Position numbers and translations under genes: made by a program. From contig NC_068991.1 of NCBI RefSeq assembly GCF_001194135.2, positions 33,972,404 to 34,029,332 of the forward strand: 56,929 bases of DNA, read 5' to 3'. Positions 35,387 through 47,754 of the stretch are shown in pieces (position 1 is the first letter of the stretch; each line of letters opens with the position of its first letter). The notes below the pieces were generated by a model. That model was given only the letters and a program-made list of their open reading frames with translations, did no database searches and had not been told where the DNA came from. The DNA comes from Octopus bimaculoides. Lineage: Eukaryota.

Positions 35387-35600
35387 TTGTGTGTCTGGGT
35401 TTGTCCCCCCACCATCGCTTGACAACCGATGCTGGTGTGTTTACGTCCCCATAACTTAGCGGTTCGGCAAAAAGAGACTGATAGAATAAGTACTAGGCTT
35501 ACAAAGAATAAGTCCTGGGGTCGATTTCTTCGACTAAAAGCGGTGCTCCAGCATGGCCGCAGTCAAATGACTGAAACAATTAAAAGTGAGTAAAGAGATG
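35336..35600 (+). mobile_element. Nin-type SINE, 3' half
   Basis: Matches 37450-37700 (ttgtccccc.accatcgcttgacaaccgatgctggtgtg…ccagcatggccgcagtcaaatgactgaaac). Confidence 0.88.
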
Positions 35601-36421
35601 TCTCAGATGGTGTAGATTATGATTATATCGGAATTTGTTGTGTAAAGCATTTTTCTCTCTCTTTTAAATAAACTCAAAGGTAGCCAGTCCTCAACGTAGT
35701 TGTTTAGTATGCTAGAAATAGCAGTTATTAGGCATAAAAAAACAGCCACAATTCTGATCTTCTAATACACCGCAAAGTGGAAGAAAGTCCTTTGCAGTAT
35801 ACTAGGAGCTGAAATTAGTTGATAGCACATGAAAAAACAAATGAGGAAAAAAAAATACACCGAGTTGAAGGGGGATTCTGAGGGCCCACCCACCTCCAAT
35901 TTCAGTGGAAATAAGTCATTTGAGATGAGATTAGTTGGTAGCACGAGAAGAAAGAAAAATGAGAAATAAGCATTATTTCTCACTGAAATTAAATAGGTTG
36001 TTAAATTATAAATTTAAAGTACATCTAAACTATGCCTTTTAAAAATATTTTGGCAAAAATCAGAAAGAAATTTAACAAGATCCCAAAGAAACTTTTATTT
36101 GTTGCATGTTGTTATGCTAAAAGAGATATACATAAAATACAAATTAATAATAATTATTAATTAGAAGTTTTTCAGAAGCTGGTTATATACTTACTGATTA
36201 TTTTTTTCAATACGCTCTGTTGTAAGACACATTCCTGTCTCTGTGGCAAGGACTTTGTTTCTTAGCTATGTTTCTGGATTTAGCACCAATGTGTGACACC
36301 AAATGTCTCCTACTATAGCCCCATGTATGCTTGTGTGTGTGTGTGCGTGCATGCATGAACGTGCGTGTGTGTGTGTGTGTGTTTATGTGTGTGTGTGTGT
36401 TTATGTGTGTGTGTGTGTGTT

Positions 36422-36456
<35 letters not shown>

Positions 36457-36799
36457 CTGTTTGTTTGTGATTGTCCAAAACCTGAATAGGTGCCATTGCA
36501 AAGAAATTTTCTCGTTTGAACAAGAGACAAGAAATTTTATCTCACCTACCCTATCTTTCTATCTCTCACTATACACACACACATACACACAAATGTATAC
36601 AATTCTCCACAAAATAAAAATACATGCAGTCATACACATAAATACAAAAACCTCAACCAAACCACTATCAAAAATAATTGAACTTTTAACCTTTAAACAT
36701 TGTAGCCAAAATACTGAGTACTACAGTCTTTTACACATACACATCCATTTAGCCTTTTACTTTTATCATTTTTATCATTTTATCCTATAAAAAAACCTT

Positions 36800-39281
36800 C
36801 AGGATTTTTCAGCAAATCTTCATGGTTGTACCATCTTTTCTAAGGCTGACCTCATTCGCGCCTATCATCAGATACCGGTCAACCCAGCCGATTTTCCAAA
36901 AATTGCCATTACCACTCCTTTTGGTTGTTTTGAGTTTCTGTACATGAGTTTTGCTTTGCGGAACACTACCAGCATATTCCAGAGGTTTATTGACAAAGTC
37001 GTCCAGACTTGATTTTGTGTTTGCTTACATTGATGACATACTCATTGCAAGTGACACATGTGAGAATCATCTCTGGCATTTGTCTCAGCTTTTACAGCGT
37101 CTTTGTGCCTATGGTGCACGTATAAATCCTGATAAGTGTGTTTTCAGGTAATCTTCTCTTGAATTTCTGGGACATCATATTGACTCGTGTGGCATCAAAC
37201 CTCTCTCATCCAAAGTTGATGCAATTCAACGCATCGCACCTCCTTCTTCTTTGCATCAGTTGTGCCATTTTCTAGGAATGATAAATTTTTATAGACGCTT
37301 TATGCCCATAGGCACTGGAGTGGCTGTGTGGTAAGTAGCTTGCTTACCAACCACATAGTTCTTGGTTCAGTCCCACTGCGTGGCACCTTGGGCAAGTGTC
37401 TTCTACCATAGCCTTGTGAGTGGATTTGGTAGATGAAAACTGAAAGAAGCCCGTCGTATATATATGTATATATACGTATGTGTGTGTATATGTTTGTGTG
37501 TCTGTGTTTGTCCCCCCAACATCACTTGACAACTGATGCTGGTGTGTTTAGGTCCCCGTAACTTAGCAGTTCAGCAAAAGTGACCGATAGAATAAGTACT
37601 AGGCTTACAAAGAATAAGTCCTGGCGTCAATTTGCTCAACTAAAGGCAATGCTCCAGCATGGCCGCAGTCAAATGACTGAAACAAGTAAAAGAGTAAAAA
37701 AAAAAAAGCGATGTGTGGACAAGCTATTTCCTTTGACTCAACTACTAAAGAACACCTATAGAAAGGACGGTCAAATCTCAGCTGAGGCGTTATCTGCTTT
37801 TGAGTCAATCAAGAAGGAAATAGCTTCTATCCCTTTGCTTGCACATTCGGTTCCTGACGCTTCTATCTCTTTAACTGTGGATGCATCAGACACTGCGATT
37901 GGCGCTGTGCTGCAACACACAGTGGACGACCGAACTCAACCTTTGGCTTTCTTTTCTTGCCAATTACAACCAGCTGAGCGGCGATACAGCACATTTGATC
38001 ATGAGCTCTTAGCGATCTATCTGTCGGTTCGTCATTTTCAGCATCAGCTTGAAGGTTGAGATTTTGTGATCTATACAGATCACAAGCCTCTTACGTTTGC
38101 CTTATCGTCTAAGACAGACAAACTCTCACCTCGTGCATTCCATCACTTGGATTTTATTTCACAGTTTACCAGTGACATTCGTCATATACCTGGGAAAGAG
38201 AATGTTCCTGCTGATGCACTTTCTCGTCTTCCAGTCTGTTCTCTTTCATCTCCTGCTGCAATCGATTTGACTGCCATTTTGCAGGACCAACCAGCTTTGG
38301 CAAAGTTAGATTTAACTTTGCCCAAGTTCTCCTGTTGCCAATTTGCCTATCTTCCGCTTCCGTCGGCTGAAGGCACTATTCTTTGTGATATCTCTACTGG
38401 TTCTCCCAGGTCACTCATGCCTGAGAATCACCAATGCTCAGTGTTTGAGGCCCTGCATTCCTTGTCACATCTGGGCATTGCTGCTACACTGCTCGTTTTT
38501 TCTGGCCAAATATGCATTGCATAATTACTTCTTGGACACACACTTGTTCCAAGTGCCAGTGTTCCAAGGTCCAGTGGCACATTCGTGCTCCACTTGGACA
38601 GTTTTCTCCTCTGGAGGCCCGTTTTCACCATCACTTACACATGCACCTTTGACAACACCACCACCTACACCACCACCTTCATCATCGCAACCTGCCTCGA
38701 GCAGACCCTATGTCACCAGGACTGGCTGAACTGTTCACTGGCCCAAGAAACTTGCAAAGACTATTTATATTTGACAACCTCTTTTGTGTTTCCTGTGATA
38801 GACAGGTGTTCTTTTTTGTAAAAAAATTTTTGGGCATGCTCATTTATATTGTAATTATTTTCTTTTGACCTGTCATATTTTGTGCCACATCTTGTGGGTG
38901 ATCGGTAATCATCTTGTTTCTGGTGCCACTACAATCTTTCTATTTTTGTGCTTCTGCACTCGAGGGAGAGCCTTGTAGTGACGCATGGTTCTAGACATCA
39001 TGTTGGAACATTCATCTACGCAAGCGCAAGGATTAGAGCTTTCCAAAGACCTGATGGAAGCCCCTTATGCGCATGCACAATCATCATCAGCAGCTAGGGT
39101 TCACCACCATTCACGCTCTTCGATCGCGGTTTCTGACCGGGCAGGAACCAACTTAGAGCAGCTCCGTCGAGAATGGGCATCTAATGGTGAGCGACACTGC
39201 AAGTCTGTGACAATGCCTTATTACTTTGTGTCTAACTACCAACCCTGCTGCTTCTTCACCTAAGCGTTCACGGCTACCACT
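36800..39281 (+). mobile_element. Gypsy element remnant: RT, RNase H, partial integrase, PPT and 3' LTR (~38974-39281)
   Basis: FSKADLIRAYHQIP, FAYIDDILIAS, FLGMINFYRRF, LTVDASDTAIGAVL, YSTFDHELLAIY, IYTDHKPL, NVPADALSR; GAGGGAGAG PPT followed by TGTAGTG. Confidence 0.88.
37311..37700 (+). mobile_element. Full-length tRNA-derived Nin-core SINE inserted in the Gypsy pol
   Basis: A-box tggctgtgtggt, B-box ggttcagtccc, core gccttgtgagtggatttggtaga, A-rich tail; the pol frame (…FMP | RCVDKLFPLTQLLK) resumes after it. Confidence 0.9.
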
Positions 39282-39645
39282 AACAGGAGATAGAATGTTT
39301 ATTCAGAGAAAATGAATTATTGTTATTTATCCAGAGAGATCTTGTCCTCTCCTTTTTCCTTCCATGTACTGTGTATGGAAATTGTGAAGCACCCAGTAAA
39401 AGCTAATCACTTTTCCTACAAGTATAATTGTTACACTGGAACGATTTTTATGAAACTTGGTAGTTGAATGAAAAAAAGTCACATGATTGAATTTAGAAAC
39501 AACAAACAATGAATTAAACCTGATGGGATTTATTTATGATTTTTTAAATATGTTACTTTAGAACTGTCAATATAATGCATACAAAATAACATAATACTTT
39601 TCAATTATCTGAAACCTGATGCTCCAGAAATCAAATGGCTAGGGA

Positions 39646-39772
39646 AACTATGTATGTATGTATGTATGTATGTATGTATGTATGCATGCATGCATGCATA
39701 CATGCATGCATGCATGCATACATGCATGCATGCATGTATGTATGTATGTATGGATGGATGCATGTATGCGTA

Positions 39773-39822
<50 letters not shown>
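39646..39822. repeat. (TATG)n/(CATG)n/(TA)n microsatellite
   Basis: Direct inspection. Confidence 0.95.
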
Positions 39823-40512
39823 NNNNNNNNNNNNNNNNNNNNNNNNNNNNNNNNNNNNNNNNNNNNNNNNNNNNNNNNNNNNNNNNNNNNNNNNNNNNNN
39901 NNNNNNNNNNNNNNNNNNNNNNNNNNNNNNNNNNNNNNNNNNNNNNNNNNNNNNNNNNNNNNNNNNNNNNNNNNNNNNNNNNNNNNNNNNNNNNNNNNNN
40001 NNNNNNNNNNNNNNNNNNNNNNNNNNNNNNNNNNNNNNNNNNNNNNNNNNNNNNNNNNNNNNNNNNNNNNNNNNNNNNNNNNNNNNNNNNNNNNNNNNNN
40101 NNNNNNNNNNNNNNNNNNNNNNNNNNNNNNNNNNNNNNNNNNNNNNNNNNNNNNNNNNNNNNNNNNNNNNNNNNNNNNNNNNNNNNNNNNNNNNNNNNNN
40201 NNNNNNNNNNNNNNNNNNNNNNNNNNNNNNNNNNNNNNNNNNNNNNNNNNNNNNNNNNNNNNNNNNNNNNNNNNNNNNNNNNNNNNNNNNNNNNNNNNNN
40301 NNNNNNNNNNNNNNNNNNNNNNNNNNNNNNNNNNNNNNNNNNNNNNNNNNNNNNNNNNNNNNNNNNNNNNNNNNNNNNNNNNNNNNNNNNNNNNNNNNNN
40401 NNNNNNNNNNNNNNNNNNNNNNNNNNNNNNNNNNNNNNNNNNNNNNNNNNNNNNNNNNNNNNNNNNNNNNNAAGGTCCTGAGTTCAATTCCTGGTGACGC
40501 GTTGTGTCCTTG

Positions 40513-41346
40513 AGTACAGTTAGGCAGGTTTTTTACGATCATCAATCCCTAACTTTCCTACTATTTCCAATCCCTTTTTATCTATTTTATCTAAAGTGTT
40601 GCTGGGTTCCTGTTTATATTTTCTGAGTATTTCTTTTCTTAGTAAACTGTTGTAAAGTGTATTGTCTCCAATATAAAGGTTGCCAGTTTTGTCTGCTGGC
40701 ACAATTATTCCTTTTGTTTCTTGAAAAATCTTCAATGACAAAAACCAAGTAACTGGTCGAAGTCACTTTTTATATCAGAGTGCTATTTAGGGTCAAAAGG
40801 ATGGAGAAGCTAAATCTAGATTTCTCACTCAAAGACATACCAATTCCATCCGAAATGAATATTTAAAGCTAATAACAGCCAGTACAAGCTCCTTCATTAG
40901 ACGAATGAGATGGAAAGTATTCTTCTACGACAAAGAAAAGAAAATAGAGGACCAAATGATAGATACGAACATGTTCAAGAAAGTATTTAAATCACCAAGG
41001 AATCCACCTGCAAATCGTCACATAGCACCATTCAAGGAAGAACTATACAAAATAATATGTAATCTCAAATTCAGGAAGTACCTGGCAAAGAGAAATGAAC
41101 ATCAGCAGAAACTGAGTAAAATATTGAAGATTTTTCAAGAAACAAAAGGAATAATTGTGCCAGCAGACAAAACTGGCAACCTTTATATTGGAGACAATAC
41201 ACTTTACAACAGTTTACTAAGAAAAGAAATACTCAGCAAATATAAACAGGAACCCAGCAACACTTTAGATAAAATAGATAAAAAGGGATTGGAAATAGTA
41301 GGAAAGTTAGGGATTGATGATCGTAAAAAACCTGCCTAACCGTACT
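40513..41346 (+). mobile_element. Penelope-like ORF N-terminus (ATG 40801, frameshift ~40855) with an inverted duplication of its end
   Basis: MEKLNLDFSLKDIPIPS / EYLKLI..SFIRRMRWKVFF..FKSPRNPP..NLKFRK..IVPADKTGNLY..ILSKYK; 40513-40735 is the reverse complement of 41124-41346. Confidence 0.82.
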
Positions 41347-41375
41347 TACTCTTCCTTTTGACTCTTTTACTTTTT

Positions 41376-41419
<44 letters not shown>

Positions 41420-43234
41420 CGTGTGTGTGTGTGTGTGTGCATGCACATTTCCCTCTTTCTTTTCTTCCTTCACATAAACTATCAATACTGCTCCAGATTA
41501 CTAACTATATATAAACACTTCATCCAAATTATTCAATTTCTACTAGGGATTTCCTTACATGTCTATTTAACACATGTCTATTTAACACGTAAAACTTTGT
41601 AATTCCTATCTGCAAATGAAACATGTAACAGCAAATAATTTTCAATTTTCTTTTGTTATTCAATAATATTTCCTCAATTTTCAAATTTAATATAGTATTC
41701 AACATGAATTATAATTATTTTCTCCTTAAGCAATGTTACATACATCAGGTGTTTTTTAATACAAAGATTTATTTGAATTCAACTAAAATGAGCACAACAT
41801 CTCCTTTAATCTCTAATGTGTCCACTTGATTATAAGCTGGAAATCGGTGGTTGAAGTTTAGGTAGTGGCGTCCATTGACTAAAACCTAGATTGTAAAAGA
41901 AAAAATTCCATTAAATCATGTATGTTTAAACACTGAAATTAAACTAAATTTTGAAAAATAAATAAAGTCATTTTCTCTGAAAAAAAATCATAAAATTCTT
42001 AATCCAAGTCCATAGCAAATCCTTAATATACCAACAGGAGTTTNNNNNNNNNNNNNNNNNNNNNNNNNNNNNNNNNNNNNNNNNNNNNNNNNNNNNNNNN
42101 NNNNNNNNNNNNNNNNNNNNNNNNNNNNNNNNNNNNNNNNNNNNNNNNNNNNNNNNNNNNNNNNNNNNNNNNNNNNNNNNNNNNNNNNNNNNNNNNNNNN
42201 NNNNNNNNNNNNNNNNNNNNNNNNNNNNNNNNNNNNNNNNCTAATTTGAAAAATCTGAGTAAGTTTCAACATTAAGTGTGCTAAATTAATAGAAGTAATG
42301 ATTTATGTAGGATGTAGTCAATTTTACTGACTCCAGAACTTGACAGGTAGTTATTTTACTCACCAAGAATAAAAGTGAAATCAACCTCAGCAAGGCATGT
42401 GTTCAATAAATCAATAGAAATAATAAGTCTCTGCATTTAAAATATTTTGTCTTTTTTCTCTTGTGAACTTTTACATAGATTACTGCTAATACTGGTTAGA
42501 TCAGCACAATTAAATACTGCCATTAAGTATTGATTGCAACAACTTCATTCAAAGGTTTTTACTCAGTTATCCATTTTGTTCAATCTCCTTTCAATAGCAA
42601 AATATCAGCACCAAAATATAAAGATCGTATATGTTTTAAGTTCTAAATCTGCAAACAACATGCTCTGGAATAATTATTGACTGACTGCTTCTAGCATAGC
42701 AATCTTCAAACAGTCACCTTTGTATCATAGATATATATAATTTTTTTATCTTTTTACTCATTTCAGTCATTGAACAGTCCCTGTGCTGGGACACCACTTC
42801 CAAAGGTTAGTCAAACAAATTGTTCCCAGTACTTATTTTTAAAGTTTGGTAGTTATACTAATGATCTCTTTTGCCAAACCACTAAGTTACAAGAACATAA
42901 ACAAATCAACACCAGTTGTCAAGTGGTGGTTGGGGACAAATACAAAGATGCACACACAAATATTTTTATATATATACAGATAGTTCACAGATGAGATCTA
43001 GATACTCTCTGAATAGAAAATACTTAATAGTACTCAAATTATTCAAACTTAGACTCTGATGTCTTTACAGGGGATCATTCCACAAGGTAAAGAAAGACTA
43101 TAAGTGGGATCAGGTTGAGTGAGTATAGAAGCAATTATTGGGATAAGTAAATTAGGCACATCAAATATAAAATATGTATAAAAGTATACATCTAAAAAGA
43201 GAGAAAGCAAAAGGTTGAAACTTTCAGATGATGA

Positions 43235-43720
43235 ATGATGAATTTATCATCATCCAGTGTTTTAAATTCGGGTTTTGTCCCCATTAATGGGGGTGGCCAG
43301 ATCTACCTTAATGCCATAGCAACGGCCCTGACACCATCCTGCCATCTCACCCAGTTTTGGGCGTCTTCCCTTCTCAAGCCAACACTCTCAATCTCCTCCT
43401 CCACCTGTCTCCTCCACGTTTTCCTCAGTCTACCACACTTTCATGATCCATATACCTCAAACTCAAACACCTTCCTCAGAACATGCTCCTCATCCCTCCT
43501 CAACACATGCACATACTACCACACTCCATTCACCCTTGCCAGCCATTCCACCGATTCCTCCAACCCCAGCATCCCCATCAAGTCCTCAGTCCCTCCTCTT
43601 ATCAAACAGCTTCACTCCACACAATTCTCTCACCATTGCTCTCTCGGTCCTTCTCAAAATTACCATCTCTCTCTCCCTCTCTCCCTATGTTTTACTCCCA
43701 TATAGCATTGATTTTAGGGT
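43235..43720 (-). mobile_element. RTE-like LINE 3' fragment (a different family)
   Basis: Reverse strand reads GRLRKTWRRQVEEEIESVGLRREDAQNWVRWQDGV, ending in a (CAT)/(TCA) tail. Confidence 0.7.
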
Positions 43721-43805
43721 AAAATCATTATTTAATGATTTATCAGTGGCCAGCGTACTAACAAAACCATACTGGTTAATTTATATTTAAGTATGATTAT
43801 AAAAT

Positions 43806-44006
43806 ATAATTACGATAAAGGGTGCTGAATTGACAGTGCCTGTACGCTAGAAATAGATGCCAAATGGACTACAGACCACGTAAGTTATTACTCTGTTATC
43901 ACAAGGTTGTGTGTGAGGAAAATGGACAGAAAGTGGTTTGCAGTCCACTTGGCATCTATTTCTAGCATACAGGTGTTGACAATTCAGCGCTCTTTATTAT
44001 AATTAT
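43806..44006. mobile_element. MITE / foldback hairpin
   Basis: About 74-bp imperfect inverted arms (43806-43879 / 43933-44006; gctagaaatagatgccaa.tggact / agtcca.ttggcatctatttctagc) in a TA-rich context. Confidence 0.75.
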
Positions 44007-44022
44007 ATTTTATAATTATACT

Positions 44023-44053
<31 letters not shown>

Positions 44054-47000
44054 TTATATTAATAAGTCCAACTTACACAGAGTACAGATGACAGAGAAAT
44101 TTAAAGGGATGGAATAAAGGTATTATGAGTTCAACAGCTGTTTCTGAGGGCTTGGCAATCTATATTGGTAGATTTAGTCCATCACAAAATGTGATCATAT
44201 GGATGTATTTAACATAGGATGAGATGAGCCTCCTTCATCAGGGTAGAGAAGATCTTACATTTCATGTCTTAATGCAGAGAAGTTCAAAGATTCCATCTTG
44301 CTAGCTAGCCTGCAGTGAAACTCCTATCTACACTTCATCCATTATCAGTCCTTGGGCAGTGCCCTACATATAGCTTCCCACCAGAACTATAACTGTCATT
44401 AGAACTGGGAAGGTGTTTAAACTGCCCTACCTATGCATGTGGTTACTCAGCTCTTTGGTAACTGTTTGGTGACTTGTTCATTGTCAAGGGTTAGTGTGAT
44501 CTGCCAGGCCCTTGTTTGGTGGTTGAGTTATTTGGATAGGGCTGTCAATATCGCGATGGGCCAGTTTCAATCTATCAATAGAAACCGTGTCTTGTCTTCT
44601 GCCAATCAGGAGTTGAAACAATTTGTTTTCCAGATGTATCACATCATATGGGCCATCATAGGGTGACTGGGGTGGGGGTGGGGGGTCCATTGTGCATCAC
44701 TTTGAACGAACACAAACTTCACCTTGCGGAGGTCATTTGGTACAGATGACCTAGGTGAACCATGTGTTGACATGGGAATAGGATGTAACTAGCCCATACT
44801 GTCTTTCAGTTGCTCGTGGTATCTTTTGACATCTGGGTCTGACTTTGTGTGTGGAAGGAACTCTCCTGGCATCATTAGTGGGGCACCATACACCATTCCA
44901 GGAAAAAAGTGTTAAGGTTTTCCTTTGGGGTAGTACAGATTCCCAGCATTACCCATGGAAGTTGATTGATCTAATTGGGTCCGTTAAGTCTGGTTGTCAG
45001 GGATTCCTTCAGGTGGCGATGAAATCTCTCCACTTGGCTTGGGGATGGTAGGCTGTCGTGCACTTCATTGTGATTCAAAAAAGGTCACTTATGTCATTCC
45101 ACAGCTTTGAGGTGAATTGAGGGCCATGATCAGATGAGATACTGTCTAGAACACTGAAACGGACAACCTAGTTTATGATGGAGGCCCGGTTGACTTCCTG
45201 TGTTTCTGTGCTATGGCGTGGAATAGCCTAAGTCCAATGAGTGCAGCAGTCTACCAAGGTTAGTAAGTACGAGCAACCTTGCGAAGGTTGGTAGGGGGCC
45301 AACAAGGTCAATGTTGACATAGCTGAAATGGGCCTGTGGTGGTACAAGCTAAGCTACTGAGGGGTGCTTTGGTGTGCTGATGGACCATGGGTTATTGACA
45401 GGGGATACAGGTCTCAGTCCACTCCCCAATTTGCTTGCCAGCAGGCACTGTGAGGCTTTAGTACCTGGGTGGGACAGCCCATGGGTGATGTCAAAAACCT
45501 TCTGGCACCAGGATAATGGGATGATTGGTTGTGGCTTCCCAGCATCACAAAGTTGGGTTGTGCCATTGGAGCCAAAGTGCACATCTTGCAAGGAAAGCGA
45601 GGTGATGGTAGTGCAGTAGGCCCTGATTTCATCATCTGTCTGTTGGACTGCAGCCATAGCCTCATAATCCAGGCCTTCTGTTACTGAAGCTATGTAGGTG
45701 TCAGAGCCAGTAGGGATTCAAGAGAGTGCATCAGTAACTGAATTGCCTTTTCCAGTTATGTGTTGAATGTCCATGGCTAATAACTGTCACTGTTGATGTG
45801 CTGACCAAGGCTCTGAGAGGTTGCTCATAGTGGGGGTGAGTGGTTTGTGGTCTGTGAACACTGTGAAAGTGCAATCTTTGAGAAAATAGTGAAAGTGGTG
45901 AACACCTAGATGGACAGCTAGCAATTCTCTGTCAAAAGCACTGTATTTCTGTTCAGGTGGTCGTAGTTGTCAACTGAAGAAGGCAAGAGGTCACCACTGA
46001 CTGTTGAGGCATTGTTCCAAAATGCCCCCAATGACTGTGTTGGAGGCATCGACTGTGAGTACAGTCCATGCTGATATATGAGTACAGCATAGTCAATTTA
46101 GCAAGGACTTGTTTTGTGCATTTGAAGGCTGATGTCACTGCACTATTCCACTTCACCTGTCTTTTTGAAACATTTTTTGACAGTGCCTAGTATAGGGGTC
46201 TCATCACTCTTGCTGCAGAGGGATGAAAAGGTGATAAAAAGTTTACCATACCCACAAATTAAAGCCTTGCTTGTGGTGGGATATTTAAAAGACAAGAAAG
46301 CTTTCACTTTTTCTGGCAGAGATGTGACACCAGCACCTGTAATTCGATGTCTTAGGAAGTCAGTTTCTGTAACACCAAAAACACACTTGACAAGGTTGAT
46401 TACTAAACCATACTGTTCCAATCCATCAAAAAGGGTTACTAGGTGCGTTTTGTGTAGCTCCACATTTTGGCTTGCAATAAGGATGTTATCTAAGTATGCA
46501 AAGATAAAATTGAGACCCATGCACACGGTGTTCAACAAGTGTTGAAAGGATTGTGTTGCATTTTTTAGGCTGAAGGGTATATGTAGGAATTCGTACAGCC
46601 TGAAAGGAGTGATTACCGTGGTTTTAGGTACATCATTGTCTTGTACCAGTATTTGGTGGTTACCTCGAATGAGGTCAGCCTTCATGTAAACCAAGTAAAT
46701 GGCTAGTTGGGCTGAGAAGTCCTGTATGTGCAGAATGGGGTAGTGGTTGGGTGTCGTGTCTGTGTTGAGATGGCAGTAATCTCCGCAAGGCTGTTAAAGG
46801 TTGAACTTACTTTCCATAACAGAGATCCCTTGCTGATTCTGGGATCATGCTTACTTCTGCTCCTGCGGTGATTAGGAACCTATGTCCAGAGCTCCGATTG
46901 TGGACATCCAAGAGCAGTTGGTCATGTTTGCTGGCCACCAGGGTATTCAATGGCAGCTGGCCTTGGAGCTACCCGGGGCTGATGGCCAAGGGATCTGGAA

Positions 47001-47284
47001 GATACATGGCTGCTTACACCTGGTAGCCTTTTTCCAAATTTTGTGCAGCAGAAACACAGGTCATCTTGCTTAACTCTACCATGTCTCAGAGCCAACCCTA
47101 TAGCATTGACCATAATCCCATTGGATAAAAATTATTTGTCAGCTGCTTTCGCTAACTGCCACAGATCTTTGATCTCAGTCTGAGTTACGAGGGTCTGGAC
47201 CTGGGGTGCTAATTTGCAGAGAAATAATCTCCCTAGACAAATAGGAAGGTGACTAACCATGAGGGTGGGGTATGTGTGTGTGAC

Positions 47285-47676
47285 TATTGTAAAGCAGTTT
47301 TTTGCCACTGTTGCATCTGTCTTTTGACGATGGTTGTCACTCTAACAAGTATTGTTATATTCTGAAGTCATCGATAGAATTGTTCTTTCTAGTACTGTAT
47401 AACCCCCAGTTGTACAGTGTTATTATCCCCAAATGGTTGGATCATTATAATGTCCACTAAGTATCACAGTATAATTACTATATCAGCACAGACACGGCAG
47501 TCAACACAGTCTTCATGTACTCTCAAACTTCTAACCTTTTACTATCGACCAGCTACTGGTCTATTTATAATGGCTGGCTACTACTACTTTTTACCAGGAG
47601 GGGTAAAACAGTTTCACTATACAACATCTCCTCTTTTAATTATTTTATTAACAATGAATTTCTTTTATTCGCCCAC

Positions 47677-47754
<78 letters not shown>

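Noticed and set aside
44200-44270. Minus-strand CTGATGA (44235-44241) with a nearby GAAA
   Set aside because: Helices cannot be closed in any hammerhead topology.
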